From Candidatus Thalassarchaeaceae archaeon (GTDB lineage: Archaea > Thermoplasmatota > Poseidoniia > Poseidoniales > Thalassarchaeaceae), in NCBI GenBank assembly GCA_034399535.1, contig DASCSS010000010.1, positions 2,096 through 66,095 on the forward strand: a stretch of DNA of 64,000 nt, in the 5' to 3' direction. The notes under the pieces were generated by a model. That model ran no database searches and was not told the DNA's origin. It saw only the letters and a program-made list of their open reading frames with translations. Below, piece after piece: positions 20,901 to 29,300 of the stretch (the stretch's first letter is position 1; every line of letters starts with the position of its first letter). The position numbers were made by a program, and so were the translations under genes.

Positions 20901-21137
20901 ATATCCCTCCATTGCCTTCCAACGACAAACCATATCCTTGAACAGACGGGAAATGACGTGATGAATTCCGGGGCGACCGTTAGCAGTAGGAGGGCCTTCT
21001 AGAAATGTGAAGGGCGAGTTGTATTTTCTTCTGGACTCGATTGAATTGGAGAAGGTACCCTCTTCTTCCCATTTCCCCATAAGGGAGTTCTCTAGTGCCA
21101 CTGGGTCGAGTTCCCCTGGCGGACTTGGCACGCCCAT
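17952..21137 (-). CDS. ileS: Isoleucine--tRNA ligase, type 2
   Basis: EGPPTANG, GWDTHGLPVE, WTTTPWTLPGN, DWAISRERYWGTP, DQTRGWFYSL, KMSKS. Confidence 0.97.
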   Translation of the reverse strand: MGVPSPPGELDPVALENSLMGKWEEEGTFSNSIESRRKYNSPFTFLEGPPTANGRPGIHHVISRLFKDMVCRWKAMEGYVVERKGGWDTHGLPVEIEVQKRLDLMSNEAIEEYGMEAFNQKCKESVWTYEEAWREMTERMAFWVDMDDPYVTLHDEYIESAWWSLKQMFDKGLLFKGHKVLPYCPQTGTSYSTHEVSLGYKEVAEPAVFVKFRLEDDDASILAWTTTPWTLPGNVGLAVGPDVTYCRVRITESPSNSWEGRGGAEIGEELILAKDLIGNVLRNQAEIVDEFLGSKLVGKAYSPLFPGAIERGESVSAWTVVAADFVTTTDGTGVVHTAVMYGEDDYRLGMQVGLPAQHTVGMDGAFVEGVHDLLDGRYVKDCDDDIINLLEGLGLLYREHTYTHDYPHCWRTDHPLLYYAMDSWFVRMTAVRDEILTHNASVEWAPEWTGTKRMGEWLSNIKDWAISRERYWGTPIPVWICSECDTVHCVGSIGEMSSMKTESSPMPPELHRPYVDEVRLNCPSDECSGEMIREPYVMDCWFDSGCASFAQWHYPFENEDKFDGSFPVDYICEAVDQTRGWFYSLLAVATTVFGEPCFRRCLSLGHILDKDGKKMSKSRGNVVNPWDHFNKEGADSIRWYMTTQSAPWSPTNFDPNGVRESYAKMFLTLWNVYRFHSDYASLDGFDPEHEPGFVAVSDRSPLDRWVLSRMTAMADEYSANFDSWDFHKAGRILEDFVVNDVSNWYVRRSRRRLWDEADSNDKRACQHTLHEVLLVVCRLMAPVSPFMPDEIHRGLTGTSAHLADWPVGSSLVPRTLPSRDKLVEQQMALVRSLAEAGRRIRVDSNRRQRLPCRTGWIVGGPNLADFHETLAEELNVESLDTGDDLDAFQRIVLEPNRKSLGSKCRSDLPSVLAQLDLADPEALLLEIEAGIAALGGYEITKDDIEIRRVEKQGFAAQTLSFDEGDVSIVLDMDLDADLLSKGLARDITRRIQAKRKELDLDVESTIELSVWVEGLKLAEEDWNHVQRETRTGTASLNSGKRPSGAESFEVDGTTVFFSIAN

Positions 21138-21240
21138 CGTTCAAGCGACCTAGGAGTTCGTCTTGAACTTGAGGGGGTTCCAGAGAATGGAGGATTGGAA
21201 GTTTGCAAGACTTCAAATGCACTCGGCATTAGCTGGAAAC

Positions 21241-21903
21241 GTGACGGAGACGATTCGCCTCGAGGTGGGGGGAATGACTTGTGACGGATGCGCCAGTCGG
21301 GTAAGAAATGCACTAGAGAGTGTACGAGGCGTATCTTCCGCTTCGGTAAGCCATATCGAAGGTAGTGCATTGATTGAGCATTCGGGTGCTTCCAGAGACC
21401 TCCTATCTGGTGCTATCAGAACGGTGGGCTATTCGGTTGATGGGATGGAAGAAGGATTCAACTGGGGAGACCGAGATGTTTGGAGGAAATCCGCCAACAA
21501 CACAAAGTGGTGTCTAATCGGCTGTTCCATGGGTGAGTTTGGTACCTTGGCGTACTACTCCTACTCGGGAATAACTGCCGGGCTCGAAATGTTCTCTATC
21601 ATTTGGTATTTCTACCTAATTTTACCACTCATCAATGGATTGGCAACAAGCGTGATGCTAGAAACCGCGATTTTAATGCGTGGTCAGATGAACTTCAATA
21701 ATGCTCTTTCAACGGCATTTGGAATGTCATTCATTTCAATGCTGATGATGGAAATAGCTATGGAAATCACTGACCTATTATTCACCCAAGGAGAACTGGG
21801 GATGAATCTAATTGCAATTCCATTCATGCTTGTAGTTGGTTTCCTAACCCCTTGGCCATACAACTATTGGAGGCTGAAGAAGTACGGAGTTGCATGTCAC
21901 TAA
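21241..21903 (+). CDS. Heavy-metal-associated (HMA) domain fused to a DUF4396-like membrane domain
   Basis: GMTCDGC metal-binding motif; C-terminal TKWCLIGCSMGE...SMLMMEIAME...PWPYNYW Met-rich TM domain. Confidence 0.8.
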   Translation: MTETIRLEVGGMTCDGCASRVRNALESVRGVSSASVSHIEGSALIEHSGASRDLLSGAIRTVGYSVDGMEEGFNWGDRDVWRKSANNTKWCLIGCSMGEFGTLAYYSYSGITAGLEMFSIIWYFYLILPLINGLATSVMLETAILMRGQMNFNNALSTAFGMSFISMLMMEIAMEITDLLFTQGELGMNLIAIPFMLVVGFLTPWPYNYWRLKKYGVACH

Positions 21904-21920
21904 TTGCGGGGGAAAGAACG

Positions 21921-22709
21921 ATGGAAGATTGGCATGAATTGGGAGAAGAGATTGCCGGATGGCTCAGAGATTATGCCGAAAGGAGCCGAATCACTACATT
22001 GGTCGTAGGAGTTTCTGGAGGGATTGACTCGTCAGTGACATCCACCCTATGTGCCAAGACTGGCTTGGACACCGTAGTCCTGAACATGCCCATTCATCAG
22101 GAAGCCGGACAATTTGATCGAGCAAATCTTCACATTAAGTGGCTAAAATCGAATTGGGCGAATGTTAGCGGCCATCTTGTTGAGCTTACCCAGACATACG
22201 ACAGCCTTTGTGAAAAGGAGCTCCGAGAGCATGCCCTATCCGATTTGGCGAAGGCAAATACCAGAGCCAGATTGAGGATGGCGACTTTGTACGCTATTGC
22301 GGGTTCTAATAACGGCATTGTTGTTGGTACTGGGAATAAGGTGGAAGATTTTGGAATTGGATTCTTCACAAAGTATGGCGACGGAGGAGTAGATATCTCC
22401 CCAATTGCGGATCTGTATAAGTCAGAAGTTTTTGCGCTTGCAGATGCATTGGAGATACTCGAAGAAATCCAAGAAGCAGCCCCCACTGATGGATTGTGGG
22501 ATGATGGGAGGACTGATGAAGAACAAATGGGGGCTACTTACGAAGAACTAGAGTGGGCCATGGAGGAAGTGGGAAATCAATCGAGTGATGGGTGGAATGA
22601 CAGAGAGAGAGAAGTAATGGAGATTTTTCAGAGGTTGAATAGCGATAATTCTCACAAAATGAGCCCGATTCCTGTATTTTTGATGAGTCGCGTCCATGCC
22701 GATGGCTAG
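21921..22709 (+). CDS. nadE: NH3-dependent NAD+ synthetase
   Basis: VGVSGGIDS, ANTRARLRM, GTGNKVE, GFFTKYGDGGVD, PTDGLW. Confidence 0.95.
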   Translation: MEDWHELGEEIAGWLRDYAERSRITTLVVGVSGGIDSSVTSTLCAKTGLDTVVLNMPIHQEAGQFDRANLHIKWLKSNWANVSGHLVELTQTYDSLCEKELREHALSDLAKANTRARLRMATLYAIAGSNNGIVVGTGNKVEDFGIGFFTKYGDGGVDISPIADLYKSEVFALADALEILEEIQEAAPTDGLWDDGRTDEEQMGATYEELEWAMEEVGNQSSDGWNDREREVMEIFQRLNSDNSHKMSPIPVFLMSRVHADG

Positions 22710-22734
22710 GAGCCCCCCTGAATAAGGTGGTAAT

Positions 22735-22890
22735 TTGGAAGAGGAAAGAAACCCCCCAGTATACGTCAGAAAGAATCGTGAATCTTACAGTGGGATGGTG
22801 CTAAACTCGATGTTTAGCTACCTCAGAAATGCGATAGTGATAGTGGTGATAATTGGGATTTTGGCCATGTTCGGGCCGTACATCTTCTGA
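22735..22890 (+). CDS. Unlisted 51-aa single-TM protein (MEEERNPPVYVRKNRESYSGMVLNSMFSYLRNAIVIVVIIGILAMFGPYIF)
   Basis: TTG start preceded by SD-like AAGGTGG; C-terminal TM helix; stop abuts the convergent gene's stop at 22891; shorter than any ORF in the provided track. Confidence 0.6.
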   Translation: MEEERNPPVYVRKNRESYSGMVLNSMFSYLRNAIVIVVIIGILAMFGPYIF

Positions 22891-23757
22891 CTATCTATCC
22901 CTGCGATCTTGGACCTTCTTCTTGTACGCCTTGTTAGAGTCCTCGGATGTCCAACCACTCAGATGCAATCCCCCTGACTTGTGCACACCGCCGCGGACGT
23001 TCCCCTTCTTGGGTTTGGTGAATAGGTCCCTAGTTGACTTATGCCGACTGAAGGCTTTCGGGAGCCCGTCATCACCTCGTTCGGTCTGAGTAAGCGCATA
23101 GGCCCTCCACTCTGCCTTTGTTCCGGCACCCTTGGTAACTGAGATTCCCGTCTCTTCCCCAAGGAGTAGCCCCAACACGGCACCTGCAAATAATAGAGCC
23201 ATCCCCCCACAGAATATCGTACGTCCCGTCCTCAACCCAGTAAGAAAACTGTCAACAATCTTGGTCAGGAAGGAGTCTCCATTTGATTGGGTCGATTCTT
23301 CCGAAAGGCGGACAAGACTGTCCGCTTCAATACTATAGTTTCCATCGACACAATTGGGACTCGAGGTGTCAGCTGGATTGTGACAAATCTGCCCAACGTA
23401 AATCATTCCTTCAACATCTTCCCTCCCATGGCCGATTTCACACAATTCGTAGTAGCTGTTGTTCTGATTGGTTTGCTCTGTACCATTGGTTGGGAAGACC
23501 TGAACCGAGGGGCAATCATCCCAGAAGCCATCTTCATCATCATCAAGATAGGTCCCATAGACGTACACAGCCCAACCTTGATCATTGTTCAAATTAGAAT
23601 AGGAAAGGTTGCCACTAACCCCATAGAACGAGAATTCTACTTCTGGCTCCTGCTCTTGTTCGAAAAATGGAAATTCGGTTCCAGTAAACATGAATAGGGT
23701 GCTAATGAAAATTAGCAATCCACCCGAAACGTAACTGATGATGAGGGGCACTCTCAT
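22891..23757 (-). CDS. Hypothetical membrane protein (Cys-containing exported domain, basic cytoplasmic tail)
   Basis: N-terminal TM, acidic Cys-containing domain, second TM, Lys/Arg-rich tail. Confidence 0.7.
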   Translation of the reverse strand: MRVPLIISYVSGGLLIFISTLFMFTGTEFPFFEQEQEPEVEFSFYGVSGNLSYSNLNNDQGWAVYVYGTYLDDDEDGFWDDCPSVQVFPTNGTEQTNQNNSYYELCEIGHGREDVEGMIYVGQICHNPADTSSPNCVDGNYSIEADSLVRLSEESTQSNGDSFLTKIVDSFLTGLRTGRTIFCGGMALLFAGAVLGLLLGEETGISVTKGAGTKAEWRAYALTQTERGDDGLPKAFSRHKSTRDLFTKPKKGNVRGGVHKSGGLHLSGWTSEDSNKAYKKKVQDRRDR

Positions 23758-23817
23758 TGGTCAACCAACTCTCGTAATTGTAGTACGCTCAAGCGAGTTT
23801 GGTTGTAAACCTGAGTC

Positions 23818-24222
23818 TCAGTTGAAAGAGATGTATATTGATGCGCCAACTAATCCTAGCAACCAGAGTTTTGCCGTTCTCTTACGTCGCCTAGTGGCTC
23901 TACTGGAAATTATCACCCTGAATAGAGCAAGGAAAGAAGCGGTAGAGAACCCGAATGTAGCGAAGAGTGCTCCGATACCCAAACCCCATTGAAAGCCATC
24001 TTCTGTGCCACTAGTTGGATTGGCCTCGACACCCGAGAAAAGCATCACCAAGGATGCAATGCTGGTTGCTTGACCAATTAGGAGTAAGGGCGATGCGGAG
24101 CCCTCCCTGACGTCTCGCCAATTGTGAATTCGGGGCCTCCAACCCGGGGATTTTTGGTCCTTGTTACTCTGATAAGAGGAGTCGTCTCGGTTTGACCAAC
24201 GTGACCTTGGAGAACTCCCCAT
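23818..24222 (-). CDS. Hypothetical 3-TM protein
   Basis: GGGGG upstream of ATG; three hydrophobic segments. Confidence 0.6.
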   Translation of the reverse strand: MGSSPRSRWSNRDDSSYQSNKDQKSPGWRPRIHNWRDVREGSASPLLLIGQATSIASLVMLFSGVEANPTSGTEDGFQWGLGIGALFATFGFSTASFLALFRVIISSRATRRRKRTAKLWLLGLVGASIYISFN

Positions 24223-24294
24223 GGACCCCCCTCTGAGGTTTGTGATTTATTGGATTATTGATGGCAGAATCTACTCAAGCCGAGTCGTCCACGA

Positions 24295-24630
24295 GTGGTC
24301 GTGGAATACATTGGGATTCTAGAGTCGGGGTCACTTGGGCTTTGTAGTGTTGCGTTAATTCTATGGATGTCGATAGGGACTTTGTCTAAGACAAGGGAAG
24401 GGGAAATACTGGCTCAGAGGGTCATTGCCACTATGTGTTTTCTTTCGGGGGGGCTGCTCTTCGTCCTGCATTCCTCGGGAGGAGAATTGTGGGGTTCAAG
24501 AAACGTAGCAAGACCATTCGCGGTAGTAGCAATTATTGTCGGGTTAGCATCGGTCATGAACATCAAAGGAGAAGACATCCAAGGTGAGACTAATCCTCAC
24601 AAGATAATGAAGGCAAGAAAGGAAGAGTGA
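24295..24630 (+). CDS. Hypothetical 3-TM protein
   Basis: Three hydrophobic helices; tail GETNPHKIMK. Confidence 0.6.
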   Translation: MVVEYIGILESGSLGLCSVALILWMSIGTLSKTREGEILAQRVIATMCFLSGGLLFVLHSSGGELWGSRNVARPFAVVAIIVGLASVMNIKGEDIQGETNPHKIMKARKEE

Positions 24631-24632
24631 AA

Positions 24633-24908
24633 CTAAGCAGAATTCAGCTTGTCATCTATGAATGAGCGCATATAGGCTGGTAACTCTCCGTTTACGAAAA
24701 CAACGTCGTGGACTTCTTCTAGCTTCATCAATGAGTAGTAAATCTGCATTGCAGTCATGGGTGTTGCACTGCATCCAGTGCACCCCCCTTCCAATGAAAT
24801 CATGATTACTCCGTCCGTAGTATCAACTACATTCACCACACCGTCATGAGCATCGAGAACGGCCTGAACCGGCCCTACCGAGTCGAGAATTAGTTGCTTA
24901 TCCACCAT
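24633..24908 (-). CDS. NifU/Nfu family Fe-S carrier
   Basis: LDAHDGVV...LEGGCTGC NifU-C CxxC motif. Confidence 0.85.
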   Translation of the reverse strand: MVDKQLILDSVGPVQAVLDAHDGVVNVVDTTDGVIMISLEGGCTGCSATPMTAMQIYYSLMKLEEVHDVVFVNGELPAYMRSFIDDKLNSA

Positions 24909-24966
24909 GCCAGACACAAATGCCTGATTAGCGGGGGTTTTCAAACAATTGCCTACTCGGAAAGTC

Positions 24967-25872
24967 ATGGGAGCAGATATTAGAATAATTTTGCTTGACC
25001 TATTGGTCGAGCGTTCGGAATTCGGACACGGGGGGAATCAAGAGATTATTGCTCCTATTTCGGAGTATGGGAGCGTTGAGGTCCTGCTAGTCACACCTCA
25101 GATGCAAACTATTGAAGCTGGAGATAGAGCACAGAAGGAAGGGATCGTCAGAATTTCCGAAGGGGATGTTCCCAACTGGGATTACGATTTCCCATTCTGG
25201 GAGGAATGTACCATGGAAATCTCTGGGAACGAAGTTCGGTTCAAGAGGATTGCCGTGCCCGTCCATGGAGATGATAGTCGGACTGCCATTTGGCTGGATG
25301 GCTTGAAGCCGGACGCTGTCGTATGCAGCGGTTCTCGCAAGAATGTCACAATGTGGGAGGAATGGATGGATAGCGGCGCATCTATTCTCAGGTGTTCAGC
25401 AAACATGGGCATCCCCACAATTGGAATCTGCTTTGGGCACCAGTTGCTTTGTAAAGCCCTGGGAGCCACTGTTGAGAGAGCTGATTCCCTATCCAATGGA
25501 GTATGGGATCTAAATCTCACAAACGATGGGGACGAAGATGAGATTTTCGCCTCTAGAAGAAGCGGTGCCGGTGATTCCCCGGTTGTCCTATTCACTCATC
25601 AGGATCATGTGATGTCAGTTCCAGATTGCTGTAACCTCCTCGGGTCTACCGTACACAACGGGGTCACGGCAGTGAGGGTTCTGGACGATGTGGGTTCACC
25701 ACTACCTGCATGGGGTGTGCAGTTCCATCCCGAAGCGGCAAAGGCGAGGGTCGAAAGAGCGTTCGAATGGGGCCACATTACCGAGGATGAGCTGGAGTCC
25801 TTCAGAAGGGAACATGATGGAGCTGGCATCCTTGGTTCTTTTGCTGCTGTAGTAATCAGAAATCAGGCCTAA
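24967..25872 (+). CDS. Class I glutamine amidotransferase-like protein
   Basis: CSGS, GICFGHQLL, HQDHV, GVQFHPE. Confidence 0.85.
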   Translation: MGADIRIILLDLLVERSEFGHGGNQEIIAPISEYGSVEVLLVTPQMQTIEAGDRAQKEGIVRISEGDVPNWDYDFPFWEECTMEISGNEVRFKRIAVPVHGDDSRTAIWLDGLKPDAVVCSGSRKNVTMWEEWMDSGASILRCSANMGIPTIGICFGHQLLCKALGATVERADSLSNGVWDLNLTNDGDEDEIFASRRSGAGDSPVVLFTHQDHVMSVPDCCNLLGSTVHNGVTAVRVLDDVGSPLPAWGVQFHPEAAKARVERAFEWGHITEDELESFRREHDGAGILGSFAAVVIRNQA

Positions 25873-25874
25873 TG

Positions 25875-25896
25875 CACCGTGACTGAGTACACGGTG
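25875..25896. terminator. Stem-loop CACCGTG-N8-CACGGTG just after the GATase stop and upstream of the hppA promoter
   Basis: Perfect 7-bp inverted repeat; no U-tract, so function is uncertain. Confidence 0.35.
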
Positions 25897-25904
25897 GATT
25901 TGGA

Positions 25905-25911
25905 TTATATA
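25905..25911 (+). promoter_or_regulatory. TATA box (TTATATA) of hppA
   Basis: 35 nt upstream of ATG 25946, with a GGGTGA SD in between. Confidence 0.55.
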
Positions 25912-25945
25912 CGCGACCTAGGTGGGCGGTTCGACGGGTGAGAGC

Positions 25946-28006
25946 ATGATTGAGAACATACCAGAAATAGGCATGGGAATGGCAGTAGTCGGTCTGGCTA
26001 TTGCACTATATCTCTACAGCCAGGTGCAAAAAATTGAGATTGAGAACGAAACGGTGGCCGACATCACTGAGCAGATTCAAGCCGGAGCGTTGGCTTTCCT
26101 GTATGCCGAATACAGATACCTGAGCGTCTTCATAGTAGTAGTCGCAGGTCTTCTCTTCTACGTAAATGACTTTGATTATCATACTCCAGCAGCTTTCCTT
26201 GCTGGGGCATTTTGTAGCGTGGCTGCTGGTTACTCGGGAATGAGGTCTGCAACAAGTGCTAACGGGAGAACCGCCATGGCTGCATCTAACGGGGGGCAGT
26301 CAGCGGCCCTGGAAGTTTCATTCAATGGTGGGGCCGTGATGGGCCTATCGGTCGGAGGGCTAGGGCTTCTGGGAATCTCATTGATGGCCTACTGGCTTGG
26401 AACAGGGGAAGAAGTCCAGAACGTTGCTGGTTTTGGCATGGGAGCCTCCTCGATTGCCCTATTCGCCAGAGTAGGCGGGGGGATTTACACCAAAGCAGCA
26501 GATGTCGGTGCCGACCTAGTTGGAAAGGTCGAGGCAGGCATCCCAGAGGATGACCCGAGAAACCCCGGTGTGATTGCAGACAACGTTGGGGACAACGTTG
26601 GGGACGTAGCTGGAATGGGGGCGGATATCTTCGAGTCTTTCGTTGGCTCGATAATCGCTGCTATGGTGATAGCACAAGCATCCCAAGAAATGAGCGCCGA
26701 CTATGTCACCTTGCCCATAATGCTGGGTCTCGTCGGTTATGCGGCTTCAATTGTTGGTGTTTTCAGCATGAAATTTCTGAAAGGGGGGGATCCCGCGGCC
26801 GCTCTGCGCAACACTACATTCATCGGAGCGGGTTTGTTCTGGGTTGGAGGTTGGTTTGGCATAGATTTCTTCGGACTAGATACTGGTACTGAGCCGATGA
26901 TGGCGGTGATCGCTGGATCATTGGTGGGGATACTAATTGGACTCGTTACTGAGTACTACACCGGAATAGAAGACGTCTTTGGTTTCAAAGTCAAGGCGAT
27001 ACCACATATTGGTGAGATGTCCAAGACCGGCCCTGCAACTAATGCAATTGCTGGACTATCAGTGGGAATGATGTCGACATTCTTCCCGATTCTACTCATT
27101 GCGGCTGGAATATATTCTGCTAACTGGGCTATGATGGAAACTCCCGGAGCAGTCGCTGAACACGGCCTGTATGGCATTGCAATGGCTGCAATGGGGATGC
27201 TAGCCACGGTTGGCGTAACTATGACGGTCGATGCCTATGGCCCGGTTGCAGATAATGCAGGTGGAATAGCTGAGATGGGGGAGCTTGGTTCAGAAGTAAG
27301 GGAAATCACGGACAGTCTTGACTCAATAGGCAATACCACGGCTGCGATTGGCAAGGGGTTCGCAATAGGTAGTGCAGCGCTGACAGCACTTGCTCTATTC
27401 GCCGCTTTCGGCACCGCTGCAGGCCTTCAGCCAGAGGACTTGGCTCTAACTGAACCAGAAGTGGTCATTGGGTTGCTAATCGGCGGCTCCCTGCCATTCG
27501 TCGTCGCCGCCATGACAATGACATCAGTCGGCAAGGCTGCGAATGACATGGTCGTTGAGATACGTCGACAATTCGCAGAAATTGATGGTCTGCTGGAAGG
27601 GCGTGAAGGCGTCAAGCCAGACAGCCAGAGATGCGTGGAAATCTCCACTGAGGCAGCTCTTCGGGAAATGATTCTGCCTGGAGTGGTCGCCATATCGGCG
27701 CCAATTATCGTTGGGATGGCAATAGGTGCTGAGGCACTTGGTGGACTCTTGGCTGGATCACTCGTTTCCGGGGTTCTGATGGCCCTATTCATGGCTAACG
27801 CCGGTGGAGCTTGGGACAACGCCAAGAAGGCAATCGAGCAGGGCCACATAGAGGGAGCGGCAAAGGGAGACTCTGCTCACGATGCCGCTGTAATAGGCGA
27901 TACCATTGGAGATCCATTCAAGGACACTAGTGGGCCGTCTCTGAACATCCTGATCAAGCTGATGTCGATAGTAGCAGTAGTGGGCGCCTCGAGTGGCCTG
28001 TTTTGA
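25946..28006 (+). CDS. hppA: Membrane pyrophosphatase, K+-dependent, probably Na+-translocating
   Basis: [46 protein letters not shown] (helix-6 Glu), GNTTAA (Ala indicates K+ dependence), [20 protein letters not shown]. Confidence 0.96.
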   Translation: MIENIPEIGMGMAVVGLAIALYLYSQVQKIEIENETVADITEQIQAGALAFLYAEYRYLSVFIVVVAGLLFYVNDFDYHTPAAFLAGAFCSVAAGYSGMRSATSANGRTAMAASNGGQSAALEVSFNGGAVMGLSVGGLGLLGISLMAYWLGTGEEVQNVAGFGMGASSIALFARVGGGIYTKAADVGADLVGKVEAGIPEDDPRNPGVIADNVGDNVGDVAGMGADIFESFVGSIIAAMVIAQASQEMSADYVTLPIMLGLVGYAASIVGVFSMKFLKGGDPAAALRNTTFIGAGLFWVGGWFGIDFFGLDTGTEPMMAVIAGSLVGILIGLVTEYYTGIEDVFGFKVKAIPHIGEMSKTGPATNAIAGLSVGMMSTFFPILLIAAGIYSANWAMMETPGAVAEHGLYGIAMAAMGMLATVGVTMTVDAYGPVADNAGGIAEMGELGSEVREITDSLDSIGNTTAAIGKGFAIGSAALTALALFAAFGTAAGLQPEDLALTEPEVVIGLLIGGSLPFVVAAMTMTSVGKAANDMVVEIRRQFAEIDGLLEGREGVKPDSQRCVEISTEAALREMILPGVVAISAPIIVGMAIGAEALGGLLAGSLVSGVLMALFMANAGGAWDNAKKAIEQGHIEGAAKGDSAHDAAVIGDTIGDPFKDTSGPSLNILIKLMSIVAVVGASSGLF

Positions 28007-28056
28007 AGCGCGCGAGCAATCGTCAGACTCTTCATTGCCCCATGCTTGCGGTTGTC

Positions 28057-29019
28057 ATGGGCGAGTACCGTGCATTGGCATTGGGTTTGCTCCTACTCAC
28101 TACGTCACTGTCCGGGTGCTCTGGACTATCGGACACCGAGGGGCCTAGTGGTTCTTCGCAATCGATGGAAGTCCCCGTCTGGGAAATAGGGGACTGGTGG
28201 CTATACACATTCTCCACCCCGGATTTCACCGATGACACCGCGAAGCTGGTCGTCGCCAGCACCAGCGAAGAGGGGGGTTCGGCGTATATGCTGGCCATTT
28301 CCAGTCTGACCGAAGCTAGAAGGCATGCCGTCCTAAACCATAACCCGTTCCTTGGAAGGATTACTCACTCTGATCTGAGTGCGTTTGAGAATGGCGTACC
28401 GGAAACGGTCATGAGCTTTCCACTTGAGGAGGGGGGCTCATGGGACTTCACGCTTTTCACGATGGAATGGACAGCATCCGTAACTGATACCTCGGGGGGT
28501 ACGGCAATCATTTCAGGGATCTCCGCTGATGGCTCTCGCTTGGACTACGTCTATGATGAAGGGGTCGGGTTCTTCTCAACGTTCATTTGGAAGGACTCCG
28601 CAGGCGTTGAGCAATTGAGGATGATGCTGTCAGATTGGGGAGAAGGGCATACCGGAGACGTCTACTTTGCCAGAGGGGGGGATCTGTTCAGTGACACCTG
28701 GGAAGACACGGGAACTGACTTCGAGTTCCGTGATACCTTCCTAGTTAGCAATCACCCAAGCGACGGGGAGTGGGATGAGATGATCTACTTCATCGATGCT
28801 GAGTGTGGCTCTGGCTCCACCATCTCCCTAACCTTGAGGGATCACCTCTCGGTATCGGCTCTCGAGCGAATATGGGGGCCGGGTTCTAGTGAGATGGGTA
28901 CGCTAGGAACGATTCCCTATCCATCCGGGGAATACACCCTCACGGCCACCTTCACAGGTAGCTCCACCTTCTTGAGAGTGTGGATAGCAGGTGGGATCAC
29001 TCAGTCATGGAGCCTCTAG
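28057..29019 (+). CDS. Putative lipoprotein, beta-rich
   Basis: Lipobox [16 protein letters not shown] motif. Confidence 0.7.
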   Translation: MGEYRALALGLLLLTTSLSGCSGLSDTEGPSGSSQSMEVPVWEIGDWWLYTFSTPDFTDDTAKLVVASTSEEGGSAYMLAISSLTEARRHAVLNHNPFLGRITHSDLSAFENGVPETVMSFPLEEGGSWDFTLFTMEWTASVTDTSGGTAIISGISADGSRLDYVYDEGVGFFSTFIWKDSAGVEQLRMMLSDWGEGHTGDVYFARGGDLFSDTWEDTGTDFEFRDTFLVSNHPSDGEWDEMIYFIDAECGSGSTISLTLRDHLSVSALERIWGPGSSEMGTLGTIPYPSGEYTLTATFTGSSTFLRVWIAGGITQSWSL

Positions 29020-29300
29020 AGGTATTCCAAAAGGTGATCTGATCCTCCAACGAATATCGGGGCATCGCCACGCATGTCGAACACCACGGGGACGGTCCTG
29101 TGGCCGGTCTCCATGACCACGTCCTTCCTGAGTCCTACGAAGTTGTCCAGATTAACTTCCACATAGGTGAGGCCTTTCGAATCGAGGGTTCTGAAAGCCC
29201 GTGTGCAGTAAGGGCATACCGTCTGGGTGAAGACAAGGAAGTCTTCATCCGCACTCTGGATGATATCATGCAGCTGTGACAGAATCGCCGCCTCCTTCAT
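29016..29300 (-). CDS. Glutaredoxin (CPYC)
   Basis: VFTQTVCPYC, TGHRTVPVVF, FVGGSD; overlaps the 3' end of the S8-MFS gene; start uncertain. Confidence 0.88.
   Translation of the reverse strand: MKEAAILSQLHDIIQSADEDFLVFTQTVCPYCTRAFRTLDSKGLTYVEVNLDNFVGLRKDVVMETGHRTVPVVFDMRGDAPIFVGGSDHLLEYL

Noticed and set aside
26579..26605. Tandem 12-bp repeat GACAACGTTGGG
   Set aside because: It encodes the conserved DNVGDNVGD motif of membrane PPases
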